64,000 bases of DNA from Sumerlaeia bacterium (GCA_040219255.1 JAVJSW010000039.1:96001-160000); one strand, 5' to 3'; shown: positions 17,563-26,583, counted from the stretch's first letter. Numbers and translations: made by a program. Notes: generated by a model not told the origin, from the letters alone.

Positions 17563-20500
17563 CTACTCGCGGACGACCAAGAGGTCGCCGGCGTCGCAGA
17601 CCCCGTCGCCGTTGCGGTCTGGCAGGGTGGCGTCCGGCACCTGGGTTCCATTGAGCCAGTCGGCGACTTCCTCGCGGGCGAAGAGGAAGGCCTGCGAAGC
17701 GGTCTGGAAGGTCCAGACAGGGCCTTCGGTCTCGCCCCAGAGATTCTGGGCCCGCATGCGCCAGGAGTAGGCGGTGGCGGGTTGGAGGGGAGCGGGCAGT
17801 TCCTTGAAGGGGAAGGCGCTGCCGAGGAGGATGGGCGAGGTGGGCTCGTCCTCCGCGCTGGGCCAGAGGGTGATGGAGTAGGTCTGGGCGCCTTCGGTGG
17901 CCCCGCCGGAGAGCAAGACGTTGCGATAGTCGAGGAGTTGCTGGCCATCGGGGGGCGTGGGGCCATAGGGCTCGCCCGGGGGCAGATCGGCCAGGACGTT
18001 GCGCCAGGGGCCGTCGTTGGGCGGGTCGGAGGTGCTGATGGCGGTGTTGGTGTCGAAAACGATCAGGGCTTCGTTGACGAGTTCGGTGCCGAGCGGCAGC
18101 GTGCCGAGCGGTGTCAGGCGGAAGGAGACGAAGCCTTCGCCCGATCCGTTGCCGTCGTTGGGAGGCAGGAAACCATCGATGGGGGGCAGTTCACCGGTCG
18201 CCTGCTCCAGGGTGGTGAAGCTCCAGAAGAGTTCGCCGTGGTCGCCCGAGTCGAGGAGTTGGGCTTCGACGATGACCTCCATGCCATTGCCGATGGGGAT
18301 GACTTCGCGGGCGCCTTCTCCGAACGCATAGATCGTGTTGCTCCAGCCAAAGCCGTCGAAGTGGAGGGAGTTTTCTTCGATGGGGAACTGGAGGAGATCG
18401 GAGATGGTGACGATCTGGGCGTCGGCGGTGGCGGTGGAGACGTTTTCGAATTTGATGTCGTAGCGCATTTCGCCGGGCAGGATGAAGCGCTGCTCGCCGC
18501 GGCCTTCGGGCCCGAGCTTTTCGTTGGGGTCCATGGAGCCGATGACGCGCACGCTCTTGCGGGCCATGGTGCGCTGGACGCTGGTGCTGGGGCTCGATCC
18601 CACCCCGTGATCCATGCGGACTTCGATGGTGACGGTCTGGGGGGTTCGGGGGGATTGAAGGGTGAAGGCGTAGTTGCGCGAACCGGGGGGGAAGTTATCG
18701 ACGCCGAATCCGAAGGGGAAGGTGGTGCCGTCGGAGGTCGTGTACTTGACCTGGAAGAGGGCGCCGGCCATGGGGCAACTGGTGGGATTGGTGAGGGTGA
18801 TATTGCAGTCGAAGCTTCGGCTGACGCGGACCGTGGAGGGCGCATTGAACTGGACGACATAGATCCGGCGGTCGGGCCGGCGATAGAAGCCCGAGGAATG
18901 GGAGGTGCCATTGGGATGGACGGTGACGGTCTTGGAGGCGGGGGCGGTCCAGCAGTTAATGGAGCGGAATTGCACGGTGGCCTGGCCGGCGGGTACGCCG
19001 GAGACTTCGCCACTCCCGGTGATCCAGCCGCTGTTGCCCACGCGGAAGGCAGCGCCATCAGAGACGGCCCCGGGCGGGTCGATCCGCACGTAGACCGAGC
19101 CCGTTGCCTGAGGCGTCGGCGTCACGGTCGGCGTGATCGTTGGCGTGACGGTGGGGGTAATCGTCGGCGTTATGGTCGGTGTAACCGTTGGCGTGATTGT
19201 CGGGGTGATGGTGGGAGTGATCGTCGGAGTGATGGTTGGGGTGATGGTCGGCGTGATGGTGGGTGTGATCGTGGGTGTGATCGTGGGGGTGATGGTCGGC
19301 GTGATCGTCGGAGTCACCGTCGAAGTCACGGTCGGGGTGATCGTCGGCGTCACGGTCGGTGTGATGGTCGGTGTAATCGTGGGAGTGATCGTCGGGGTGA
19401 TCGTCGGGGTGATCGTAGGCGTGATCGTGGCGGTGATCGTCGGCGTAATCGTCGGAGGAACGGTCGGTGTGACGGTCGGGGTCGGGGCGGTTCCTTCGAA
19501 GGCGGAGAGCACATAGCGGCCCTCGTCCTGGGTGCGGGCGCCGTGGACCAGGATGCGGTAGGTGCCGGTCTTGTTGAGGGCCACGTCGCTGACGAAGAGG
19601 ACATCGCCGTCGGCGCTCGCTTCCCTGCTGAGGACCTTTGTGCCGTCTGGATCGTAGAGCGCCAGAGCCCCGCGGGGCAGCGAGGGAGTCTGAACGAAAT
19701 CGGGTTCGAGCACCAGGTTGACGGCGGTGCGCGAGGTCACCTCCAGGGTCCACTGATCCACCTCGCCGCGGGTGGCGATGCTTGCTTCCGAGGGCGTTTC
19801 CCAGGGCAGGGTGCCTTCGCCGTCGAGAAGGAGCACGGGAGCGAGGCGGGGCGAACTGAGGCGCCGCTGGCCGTCCACGAGGCGAACCCAGACGGCCTTC
19901 GGGCCGGGCTCGGGATCGGTCAGGGAAAAAGCGCCAAAGCCGGGCATGGGATGGCGCACAAGAGTGGCGAAGCCGTCTTCGCTCAGTTCGAAGAAGGCCG
20001 CTTCGCCGCAGGCGTCGGTCACGCGGATTTTCAGATTCGGCGTGTCGGAATAAGTCGGCGCGTCCTCGAACACATAAGCCGAGTCGTTTCCGGCTTCGAT
20101 GGTTTCGATGTAGGGTCCCTTATTCGGCTCGCAACTGTCCGGTTTCCAGTTCCGGTTACAGTCCGCCGCGCCCGCCAGGACGTCGTCGTCATCGGGAACG
20201 CCGTTGCCGTTGCAGTCGGCGGGTTGCTGGAAAATGGCGGCCAGTCCCCAGAAAGCGCCGCCGGGGGCCTCGGAGGGATTGCTCCTTGGGACCGGGGCGG
20301 TGTTCAGCAGGGCGACGGTATCGCCGAAGAAAGCGGCCGGTGCCGAGCCGGTGGGGACGGGCGCGGTGTTGAGCACGGCCGACATGTCGCCGAAGTAGGC
20401 GCGCGGGATGCTCGTCTGTGGCACGGGGGCGGTGTTCAGCAAGGCGGACATGTCCCCGAAGTAGGCGCGGGGGATGGCGCTCTGGGGCACGGGGGCGGTG

Positions 20501-20847
20501 TTCAGGAGGGCGGACATATCGCCGAAGTAGGCGCGGGGGATGCTGGTCTGGGGCGGTGGCTGGATGTTGAGGAGGCTGCTCATATCGCCAAAGATGGCGC
20601 GAGGGGCGCCGGCGAAGCTGGGGATGCTGGCGGGATTGGAAGGGACGGAATTCTTTTCCACCTCCTCGCCGTCGAGCCAGCCATCGCCGTCCGTATCGGG
20701 GTTGTCCGGATCGCATTGATACGTGGCTTCCTGATCGTCGGGCAGCAGGTCACGGTCGCGGTCGGCCGCTGAGGCCAGAGCCGGGGGGAGAACCCACGGG
20801 GCCAGAAGCAAGAGGATGACTGCAAAACGGCGATGTCGCTTGGCCAT
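17563..20847 (-). CDS. Large modular secreted protein (TSP3-like Ca loops, 20-aa repeats, PPC-like domain, Pro/Thr linker, DPNEK-type Ig-like domain, dockerin-like tail)
   Basis: Signal peptide; DRDRD, DTDGDG and DCNGNG loops; TPTI repeats; GSMDPNEK..Y.IKFEN..TA.A; C-terminal DRNGDGVCDAGD. Confidence 0.85.
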   Translation of the reverse strand: MAKRHRRFAVILLLLAPWVLPPALASAADRDRDLLPDDQEATYQCDPDNPDTDGDGWLDGEEVEKNSVPSNPASIPSFAGAPRAIFGDMSSLLNIQPPPQTSIPRAYFGDMSALLNTAPVPQSAIPRAYFGDMSALLNTAPVPQTSIPRAYFGDMSAVLNTAPVPTGSAPAAFFGDTVALLNTAPVPRSNPSEAPGGAFWGLAAIFQQPADCNGNGVPDDDDVLAGAADCNRNWKPDSCEPNKGPYIETIEAGNDSAYVFEDAPTYSDTPNLKIRVTDACGEAAFFELSEDGFATLVRHPMPGFGAFSLTDPEPGPKAVWVRLVDGQRRLSSPRLAPVLLLDGEGTLPWETPSEASIATRGEVDQWTLEVTSRTAVNLVLEPDFVQTPSLPRGALALYDPDGTKVLSREASADGDVLFVSDVALNKTGTYRILVHGARTQDEGRYVLSAFEGTAPTPTVTPTVPPTITPTITATITPTITPTITPTITPTITPTITPTVTPTITPTVTSTVTPTITPTITPTITPTITPTITPTITPTITPTITPTITPTITPTVTPTITPTITPTVTPTITPTVTPTPQATGSVYVRIDPPGAVSDGAAFRVGNSGWITGSGEVSGVPAGQATVQFRSINCWTAPASKTVTVHPNGTSHSSGFYRRPDRRIYVVQFNAPSTVRVSRSFDCNITLTNPTSCPMAGALFQVKYTTSDGTTFPFGFGVDNFPPGSRNYAFTLQSPRTPQTVTIEVRMDHGVGSSPSTSVQRTMARKSVRVIGSMDPNEKLGPEGRGEQRFILPGEMRYDIKFENVSTATADAQIVTISDLLQFPIEENSLHFDGFGWSNTIYAFGEGAREVIPIGNGMEVIVEAQLLDSGDHGELFWSFTTLEQATGELPPIDGFLPPNDGNGSGEGFVSFRLTPLGTLPLGTELVNEALIVFDTNTAISTSDPPNDGPWRNVLADLPPGEPYGPTPPDGQQLLDYRNVLLSGGATEGAQTYSITLWPSAEDEPTSPILLGSAFPFKELPAPLQPATAYSWRMRAQNLWGETEGPVWTFQTASQAFLFAREEVADWLNGTQVPDATLPDRNGDGVCDAGDLLVVRE
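19111..19486 (-). repeat. 12-bp coding tandem repeat encoding a (TPTI/V)n linker, about 30 units
   Basis: Translated PTITPTITPTVT... with synonymous variation between units. Confidence 0.9.
20245..20610 (-). repeat. 60-bp coding tandem repeat, 5-6 copies of IPRAYFGDMSALLNTAPVPQ-like units
   Basis: Repeated GCCGAAGTAGGCGCGGGG...GGCGGTGTTCAG at 60-bp spacing, in frame. Confidence 0.9.
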
Positions 20848-20942
20848 GGTTCCGCCCTCATTGGCTGCCGAAGGAGCCGCGTCTCCGCAGCCCGTCAAAG
20901 TGTTGCTGGGTCAGATTGCGCTCTGCGGGACGGCACGGGCCG

Positions 20943-22121
20943 TTACTGGGTCCACTGGGCGTAGATGAAACCCCGGCTCCAGCCGTTGGGGACCTTGCGG
21001 GTTCCCGTCGCCATCGACGAGGCGACCGATCCCTCGAGCGGGGCGGTGTCGAAGGTCAGGACCTGCTCCGTCTCGTTCCAGAGGAAGATCGTCACCTTGG
21101 TGCCGAGCGGAATGCCGGAGGCTTCGACCTCGAAGGTCACGGTCTGATCGGTGTTGATTTCCACATCGGGAGGCATGACGAACAGGCCCGAGGGCGTCCC
21201 GGGCACGGCGACGCCATTGATGCGGACGAGGCGGGCCTTGGCCACGCCGCCTTGCGGAAGGATCGTGGTGGCCGTGGGAGCCAGGGTAACGCGGCGGATG
21301 TTCGTTCCGGCGTCGATCGTGCCGCTGAAGTTGTCGTTGGTTGCTTCCAGGCGGATGTAGCCGTACCAACCGTTTTTGTTGCGCCCGCAGTCAAGTCTTC
21401 CATCGCCACCGATTGTCGGGGCCAGGAGTCGAATCGCGCCGGAAGTCCCGTCCTGGTATCCGAGTCCAAAGCGCGCCGAAACGATCCCGGTCACCGTGAT
21501 TGCGGTGTTGCTTGCCAGAAGAAGAGCGCCGCCGCCGGCTCCTCCTCCCTGTCCATTGTCATTTGTGACGCCATAGTTTATGGGGCCATCCCCACGATTG
21601 CCATTCCCGCCACGAAGGGGCTGACAGAAGACATTGCCTGACCCCGAGCCAAACCCATGTGCGCCGTCCAAACCGGAGGATTTCACACAACCCCATCCCC
21701 CAGGGAATCCGCCCGGTCCGGGGATGGAGGGGACGTGTTCCTGAATCGGCGCGCCGGCGGGATGACCGGCTTCGCCGTCGAGGTCCAGCTTGCCGGCGAT
21801 CGTCACGTTGCCGGTGCAAAGCCAATGAAGCGGCACCCAACCGACCTCGGGGGCGCGGATTTTGACGGTGACGTTCGCCGGGATGTTGACCGTCGTGAAG
21901 TGATAGACGCCGTCGCCGTCGGGGTCGAGGGGCGGATTGAAGGTCTTGGGATCGAAGACGTGGGTAACGGGTGTGGCGCTGGCGGGGAAGGAAAGGGCGC
22001 CGTCGGAGCCGGTGGAGCCACAATTGAAGGTTTGGGCCCCGGCCAGCGTGGCGCCCAGGAGGGACACCGACAGCAGCGGCAGAAGGGCGCGGAGGGTGAG
22101 ATGACGGAGGGCTGAAAACAT
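20943..22121 (-). CDS. Secreted Gly-rich protein (N-terminal GSTGSDGAL)
   Basis: Signal peptide; GVYHFTTVNIP, GPGGFPGG, GGGAGGGALL and SGAIRL segments; first gene of a probable two-gene operon. Confidence 0.8.
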   Translation of the reverse strand: MFSALRHLTLRALLPLLSVSLLGATLAGAQTFNCGSTGSDGALSFPASATPVTHVFDPKTFNPPLDPDGDGVYHFTTVNIPANVTVKIRAPEVGWVPLHWLCTGNVTIAGKLDLDGEAGHPAGAPIQEHVPSIPGPGGFPGGWGCVKSSGLDGAHGFGSGSGNVFCQPLRGGNGNRGDGPINYGVTNDNGQGGGAGGGALLLASNTAITVTGIVSARFGLGYQDGTSGAIRLLAPTIGGDGRLDCGRNKNGWYGYIRLEATNDNFSGTIDAGTNIRRVTLAPTATTILPQGGVAKARLVRINGVAVPGTPSGLFVMPPDVEINTDQTVTFEVEASGIPLGTKVTIFLWNETEQVLTFDTAPLEGSVASSMATGTRKVPNGWSRGFIYAQWTQ

Positions 22122-22381
22122 GGGGCGATGACTCCTCTGGCGATGAAGAAAGGGTGTGGGCGCCATTCCCGCTCGCTCCTGAGGAGCCCGGCCCCGCCGC
22201 CCGGCGGGTCGGGTCGGGGGGGTGGATGCGGGCGCCCAACACACACATTTCAGGCAAAATTTATCCGATTCGTCCGAAGGGCAACAAAAAATTTGTACTC
22301 CGACCCTACTTATGCGAATCATTGTTCGCTCAGCTTAGGCTTTGGCGGTGAGTTTGGAGCAAGGGGTAGGGAGGGGATTGG

Positions 22382-22411
22382 AAAAGGCTCCCGGAGAACC
22401 GGGAGCCTTTT
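22382..22411 (-). terminator. Rho-independent terminator downstream of the tRNA
   Basis: Perfect hairpin AAAAGGCTCCCGG-AGAA-CCGGGAGCCTTTT. Confidence 0.8.
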
Positions 22412-22424
22412 GGGAGGAGGAGGG

Positions 22425-22500
22425 TGGTGGAGCATACCAGAGTCGAACTGGTGACCTCTGCAATGCCATTGCAGCGCTCTACCAGCTGAGCTAATGCCCC
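22425..22500 (-). tRNA. tRNA-Ala (anticodon GGC)
   Basis: GGGGCATTAGCTCAGCTGGTAGAGCG-CTGCA-ATGGCAT-TGCAG-AGGTC..GTTCGA..TGCTCCACCA; 76 nt, encoded CCA, G3:U70 pair. Confidence 0.97.
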
Positions 22501-22674
22501 ACACGTTGCTGGTGATCCCGGCGGCGTGGTCACGACCGCGCGGGAGGGATGAGAAAGCGCATTTGACCCTCGGCTGTCAAGCGTGAAACGACAGGGTCGG
22601 CGGGTTCTTGGAGACGACCTCTCGGTTCCGCGCGCAAAGAGACTTCAAATCCTTGAAAATGGGAGAGTTATACA

Positions 22675-23562
22675 ATGCCAAGTTACTTGCACTACTGGTC
22701 TCAAGAGACCGTCCAGCGGAGAGCCTCCGACGACGCGATCGTGGAGTTTTGCTGTGGCACTGGGCTCGACGAGGCCAAGCCGGGCGATACCCTGTTCATC
22801 GTGACTGTGGAAGAAGGGGAATTGGTGCTCGTCAATCAATTCGACGTGGACGAGATCGTTTCGCCCAAGGAGGCGGCGAAGCGGTTTGGCAAGCAGGCGG
22901 GATCGATGCCCCACTGCCTGGCCTGCGAACCGGAGAACGCCGACTTGCTGGATGCGGTGGAGATCGAAGAGATCGCGGGCGATCTGCGGATTGTCGGCAA
23001 GAACGGGGCGGAAGCGCCGCTCGCGCGGACACCCTCCGGGGCCGTCGATTCGAAGCAGTTCAAGAGTTCCCTGCTCGAGCTGACGGAGGAGAGCGCGGAG
23101 CTTCTCCGCGAGAAGTGGGATCTGCCCATGCCCGACCCCGAGGAGGTGATGGGGGAACTCTCGCAGTACGACGAGTCGGGCGAGACGGCATTTTTCACAA
23201 TGCCGGAACATTCCGAGATGCTCCAGCTCCTCGCCCTGAAGTTCGCCACCATGGTTTTGGAGGCTGAGGGATGGCGTTGCAAGGTGACGCCCGAGGACGA
23301 GGGAGCGCATTTGCTGGAGTGCAAGAAGCGCCAGGAGACGCGGCGGTATCTGGTGTGCGCCGTTTCTCCGGAAACGTCGAGCGTCGTATTATCCGATGAG
23401 AAGCGGCGCTTCCTGACGGAGGATAAGAAGGCTTACCTGGCGATCGTGCGGGGCGTGACACGGCCAAACCCGGAGTGGTTCGAATTCACCGGTGCCCAGG
23501 CGGCGGAAAGCTTTCAGTTCGAGCCGATGGTTTGGCAGGCGACGATGCCGGAGCTGGGATAG
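22675..23562 (+). CDS. Hypothetical protein; C-terminus resembles a degenerate DUF3883 (PD-(D/E)XK-like) domain
   Basis: EGWRCKVT..GAHLLEC...RYLVC...VVLSDEK...YLAIVRGV follows the DUF3883 layout. Recognised by eye only. Confidence 0.6.
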   Translation: MPSYLHYWSQETVQRRASDDAIVEFCCGTGLDEAKPGDTLFIVTVEEGELVLVNQFDVDEIVSPKEAAKRFGKQAGSMPHCLACEPENADLLDAVEIEEIAGDLRIVGKNGAEAPLARTPSGAVDSKQFKSSLLELTEESAELLREKWDLPMPDPEEVMGELSQYDESGETAFFTMPEHSEMLQLLALKFATMVLEAEGWRCKVTPEDEGAHLLECKKRQETRRYLVCAVSPETSSVVLSDEKRRFLTEDKKAYLAIVRGVTRPNPEWFEFTGAQAAESFQFEPMVWQATMPELG

Positions 23563-23580
23563 GCCAGAGCCTCTGGGGGA

Positions 23581-24351
23581 TCAGGGAGCGGCTTGGGCGC
23601 CAGGGCCTTGCGCCTCCCCATCCCCCCGCGCGGCGACGCGCTGTTCGCGCGAGACCTTTACGCACATGCGGTAGCCGGCGTAGATGAAGAGGATGCCGAT
23701 GAGTTCGGTGACGTAGAGAATTTCGACGTGGCCGTAGCGGGCGAAGCTGCCGCCGATGCCGGGGAGGAGGGCTCCGAAGGCGATGAGGCCGTTGCCCTGG
23801 GCGAGGGCGGCGGGGGCTTTGACGCGCAGGTAGCGCAGGGCGCTGTAGACCGCGCCGCCGATCAGGAACAGGGCGGCGTAGAGATTGACGAAGGGCACCA
23901 TGATCTTGAGCCAGCGCCAGGTGAGGACGGCTCCGGTGGGGCGGTGGGGCTCCATCATCGAGAGGTCCACGGGGGATAGGAAGGAGCCGATGACGCCAAC
24001 GATGACGAAGGGCAGGGAGATGGCCGTGAGAATGTGGGCGGTCCGGCGGCGAAAGAGGAGGTAGACGCTGCCCTGGGCCAGGGGATAGCCGCCGAGGTAG
24101 GCTCCGAAGGCGTACCAGGCTTTGGTGAGGAGGGGGGTGTTGCTGAAGACGGTGACGGTGCTTTCGACGGCGGTGCCGATACCGTAGGCGGCAACGCCGG
24201 CGCACCACCAGAGGAGGTGGAGGCCGCCGCCCTTTTCGCTGTATCGCCGGGCAAGGACGATGAAAAAGAAGATGGAAAAGAGGGTGGTGAGGATGGGGAG
24301 GTAATGCACCCACTGCACCAGTTCGGCGTGGGAGGCGGTTTCCGTATTCAT
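23581..24351 (-). CDS. Hypothetical integral membrane protein (about 7 TM)
   Basis: Multiple hydrophobic helices and strong codon bias. Confidence 0.75.
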   Translation of the reverse strand: MNTETASHAELVQWVHYLPILTTLFSIFFFIVLARRYSEKGGGLHLLWWCAGVAAYGIGTAVESTVTVFSNTPLLTKAWYAFGAYLGGYPLAQGSVYLLFRRRTAHILTAISLPFVIVGVIGSFLSPVDLSMMEPHRPTGAVLTWRWLKIMVPFVNLYAALFLIGGAVYSALRYLRVKAPAALAQGNGLIAFGALLPGIGGSFARYGHVEILYVTELIGILFIYAGYRMCVKVSREQRVAARGDGEAQGPGAQAAP

Positions 24352-24425
24352 GAAGAGGCCTGGTCGTGGAGATGGAATTGTCGCGCCCGGCGGATGAAAA
24401 AAAGGGCGCGAAGAGGTCTATGACC

Positions 24426-25511
24426 TCAGCCCTCCGATTTTTTTTCCACGAGGGTGCGGATTTTTCCCCAGAGGCCGGGCAGTTTCCGTTCGATGACGGC
24501 CATCTTGCGCCACAGGGCGATGTCCATGGCGGGGGTGCCGCCCCATTGGGACATGGGGGGCGCTTCGCCGCCCGGGAAGCCGGTTTGGGCGGCCATTTTC
24601 ACGCCATCGCCGATGAGGGCGTTGTCGGCGATGCCGACCTGACCGGCGAGGATGACGCCACGGCCGATCCTGGCGGAGCCGGCGATGCCGACTTGGGCGA
24701 CGATGACGCAGTCGCTGCCGATGGTGACATTGTGAGCGATATGGACCAAGTTGTCGATTTTTGTGCGGGCGCCGATGCGGGTCTCGGAGAAGCTCGCCCG
24801 GTCGATGGTGCAGTTCGCTCCGATTTCGACGTCGTCCTCGATGACGACGGAGCCGACTTGCGGGATTTTGGTGAAGCGCCCGCCGACCATCTCGTACTTG
24901 AAGCCATCGGCTCCGGTGACGGTGCCGCTGTGGATGCGGACGCGGCGGCCGAGGCGGGTGCCATGGCCGAGCGTGACGCGGGGATTGAGGACGCAGTCAT
25001 CGCCGATGAGGGATTCTTCGCCGATGACGCAATGGGACTCGAGGCGGACGCGGTCGCCGATGCGGACGTTGTCTTTGATGACGCAGTAGGGGCCGACGGT
25101 GACGCCTTCGCCGAGGGTGGCGCTGGGGGCCACGACGGCTGTGGGGTGGACGAAGTCGCGGGGGGCGGGTTCGGGATGAAAATGGTGCAGGAGGATCAGG
25201 ACGCCGGCCCAGACATCGGGGAGGGGAAGAAAGCGGGGGTCGGCGCCGTCGTCCATCTTGGCGGGGACGAGAATGACGGAGGCCTGGGATTGGACGGCCT
25301 GGTCGCGCAATTTGGCGCGGATCAGGAAGGAGGCCTGGCCCTCTTGCGCCTCGGCCAGAGTGGTCACGCCAGTGATCGGGGCGTCTGGCAAAGCCGCTGG
25401 CTTGACCACTTCGAGGAGGCGGCAGAGCTGGGAGACGGTCAGCGGGGAAGCGGATTCGGAGAGGATGGAAGCGTCCATGATGGGCTCAGGTTGAAGGGTC
25501 TGGGGCGACAT
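24426..25511 (-). CDS. lpxD: UDP-3-O-(3-hydroxyacyl)glucosamine N-acyltransferase
   Basis: Hexapeptide repeats; GADGFKY, KIPQVGSV, IDRA and KIDNLVHIAHNV motifs. Confidence 0.95.
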   Translation of the reverse strand: MSPQTLQPEPIMDASILSESASPLTVSQLCRLLEVVKPAALPDAPITGVTTLAEAQEGQASFLIRAKLRDQAVQSQASVILVPAKMDDGADPRFLPLPDVWAGVLILLHHFHPEPAPRDFVHPTAVVAPSATLGEGVTVGPYCVIKDNVRIGDRVRLESHCVIGEESLIGDDCVLNPRVTLGHGTRLGRRVRIHSGTVTGADGFKYEMVGGRFTKIPQVGSVVIEDDVEIGANCTIDRASFSETRIGARTKIDNLVHIAHNVTIGSDCVIVAQVGIAGSARIGRGVILAGQVGIADNALIGDGVKMAAQTGFPGGEAPPMSQWGGTPAMDIALWRKMAVIERKLPGLWGKIRTLVEKKSEG

Positions 25512-25584
25512 GGCAAAAGAAATCCGATGCGGGGGCAAGTGGGACCGACCGGCGAAAACCCGATCCGCGGTTGGCCCAACGCCA

Positions 25585-26583
25585 TCACATCCGGGGCGAG
25601 CGCAACACGATCAAGGCAATTTCGGGGCGGCAGTTCCAGCGAAAGTGGAGCGCCGAGGTTCCGACGCCGCGGCTGATGTAGACGAGCGTGTGGGGCCCGC
25701 GAACGAGGCCGGAGACGTACTTGTCGGTGCCATCGCTGAGGAGGCGGATGGCTTTATTGAAGACCCGGATTTGACCGCCGTGGGTGTGGCCGGAGAGCTG
25801 AAGGGCGACTCCCAGGTGTTCGGGGAGGATTTCGGCGGTTTGGGGATTGTGGGAGAGGAGCAGGCGGGGGGCTTGGCGGAAATCGGGGGCGCCATGGAAG
25901 GTTTCGTGGGGGCGGACGGTGCCTTCCCACATGTCGCCGACGCCGCCGATGGTCAGGCGCGCGTCCGGGTCCGGGGGACAGTGGGTCCCGTGGCCGGGCA
26001 GGTGGCAGCGGGCGGGACGGATGACGACGTGCTCGTTTTCGAGCAGCCGGATGCCGGCGTCCTCGCAGAGCATGCGCATGTGGTCGAGACCGGTGCCGTA
26101 ATCGTGATTGCCGCGCGTGGCCAGCAAACCGTCGGGGGCGCTCAAGAGCGAGAGGGAGTCGAGGCATCCCGGCAGGCGCGCCGGATTGTGGGTGACGAAG
26201 TCGCCGGTGATGGCGATGAGGTCGCCATCGAGGGCGTTGGCCTTTTCGACGATGCGGGCCAGGAAGCCACGCCCGGCGATGACATTGTGGTGAATGTCGG
26301 TGAGGTGGACGATGCGATAGCCATCGAGGCAGGGGGCGAGGTTGGGGACGTCGATTTCCAGCATAGTGGTTTCGATGAAGCGAGGCTCGACGAAGGCGGC
26401 GTAGCCGACGCCGCCGCTGACGCCCTTGAGGGCGCGATGGACGCCCTGGCGCAGGGCGTGGCGGCCGGCGGTCTGGAACCGGACGCGGGCGACGAAATCG
26501 TAGGCGGCACGGCGGAAGGGGGAAGCCTGGAAGGGAAGGTTTTTTTTGGAAGGAACAGCGGGATGGGGCCGTTGGGCGCTCAT
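25585..26583 (-). CDS. Metallophosphoesterase (YkuE/YaeI-like)
   Basis: TDIH, TGDF, RGNHD, SHNP and SGHTHGGQ motifs. Confidence 0.92.
   Translation of the reverse strand: MSAQRPHPAVPSKKNLPFQASPFRRAAYDFVARVRFQTAGRHALRQGVHRALKGVSGGVGYAAFVEPRFIETTMLEIDVPNLAPCLDGYRIVHLTDIHHNVIAGRGFLARIVEKANALDGDLIAITGDFVTHNPARLPGCLDSLSLLSAPDGLLATRGNHDYGTGLDHMRMLCEDAGIRLLENEHVVIRPARCHLPGHGTHCPPDPDARLTIGGVGDMWEGTVRPHETFHGAPDFRQAPRLLLSHNPQTAEILPEHLGVALQLSGHTHGGQIRVFNKAIRLLSDGTDKYVSGLVRGPHTLVYISRGVGTSALHFRWNCRPEIALIVLRSPRM

Noticed and set aside
20245-20610. Possible CRISPR array
   Set aside because: Units are contiguous 60-bp in-frame coding repeats without unique spacers, and no cas genes are present.
17551-20772. 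1073-aa plus-strand ORF (likewise 50635-52971 and 57317-59890)
   Set aside because: Antisense to well-supported genes; low-complexity shadow translations.
20943-22121. Diversity-generating retroelement target
   Set aside because: No reverse transcriptase or near-identical template repeat seen in the window, and the atypical region is central rather than a C-terminal variable repeat.
22425-22500. tRNA-anchored genomic island
   Set aside because: No integrase and no duplicated tRNA 3' end found; the tRNA is followed directly by its terminator.
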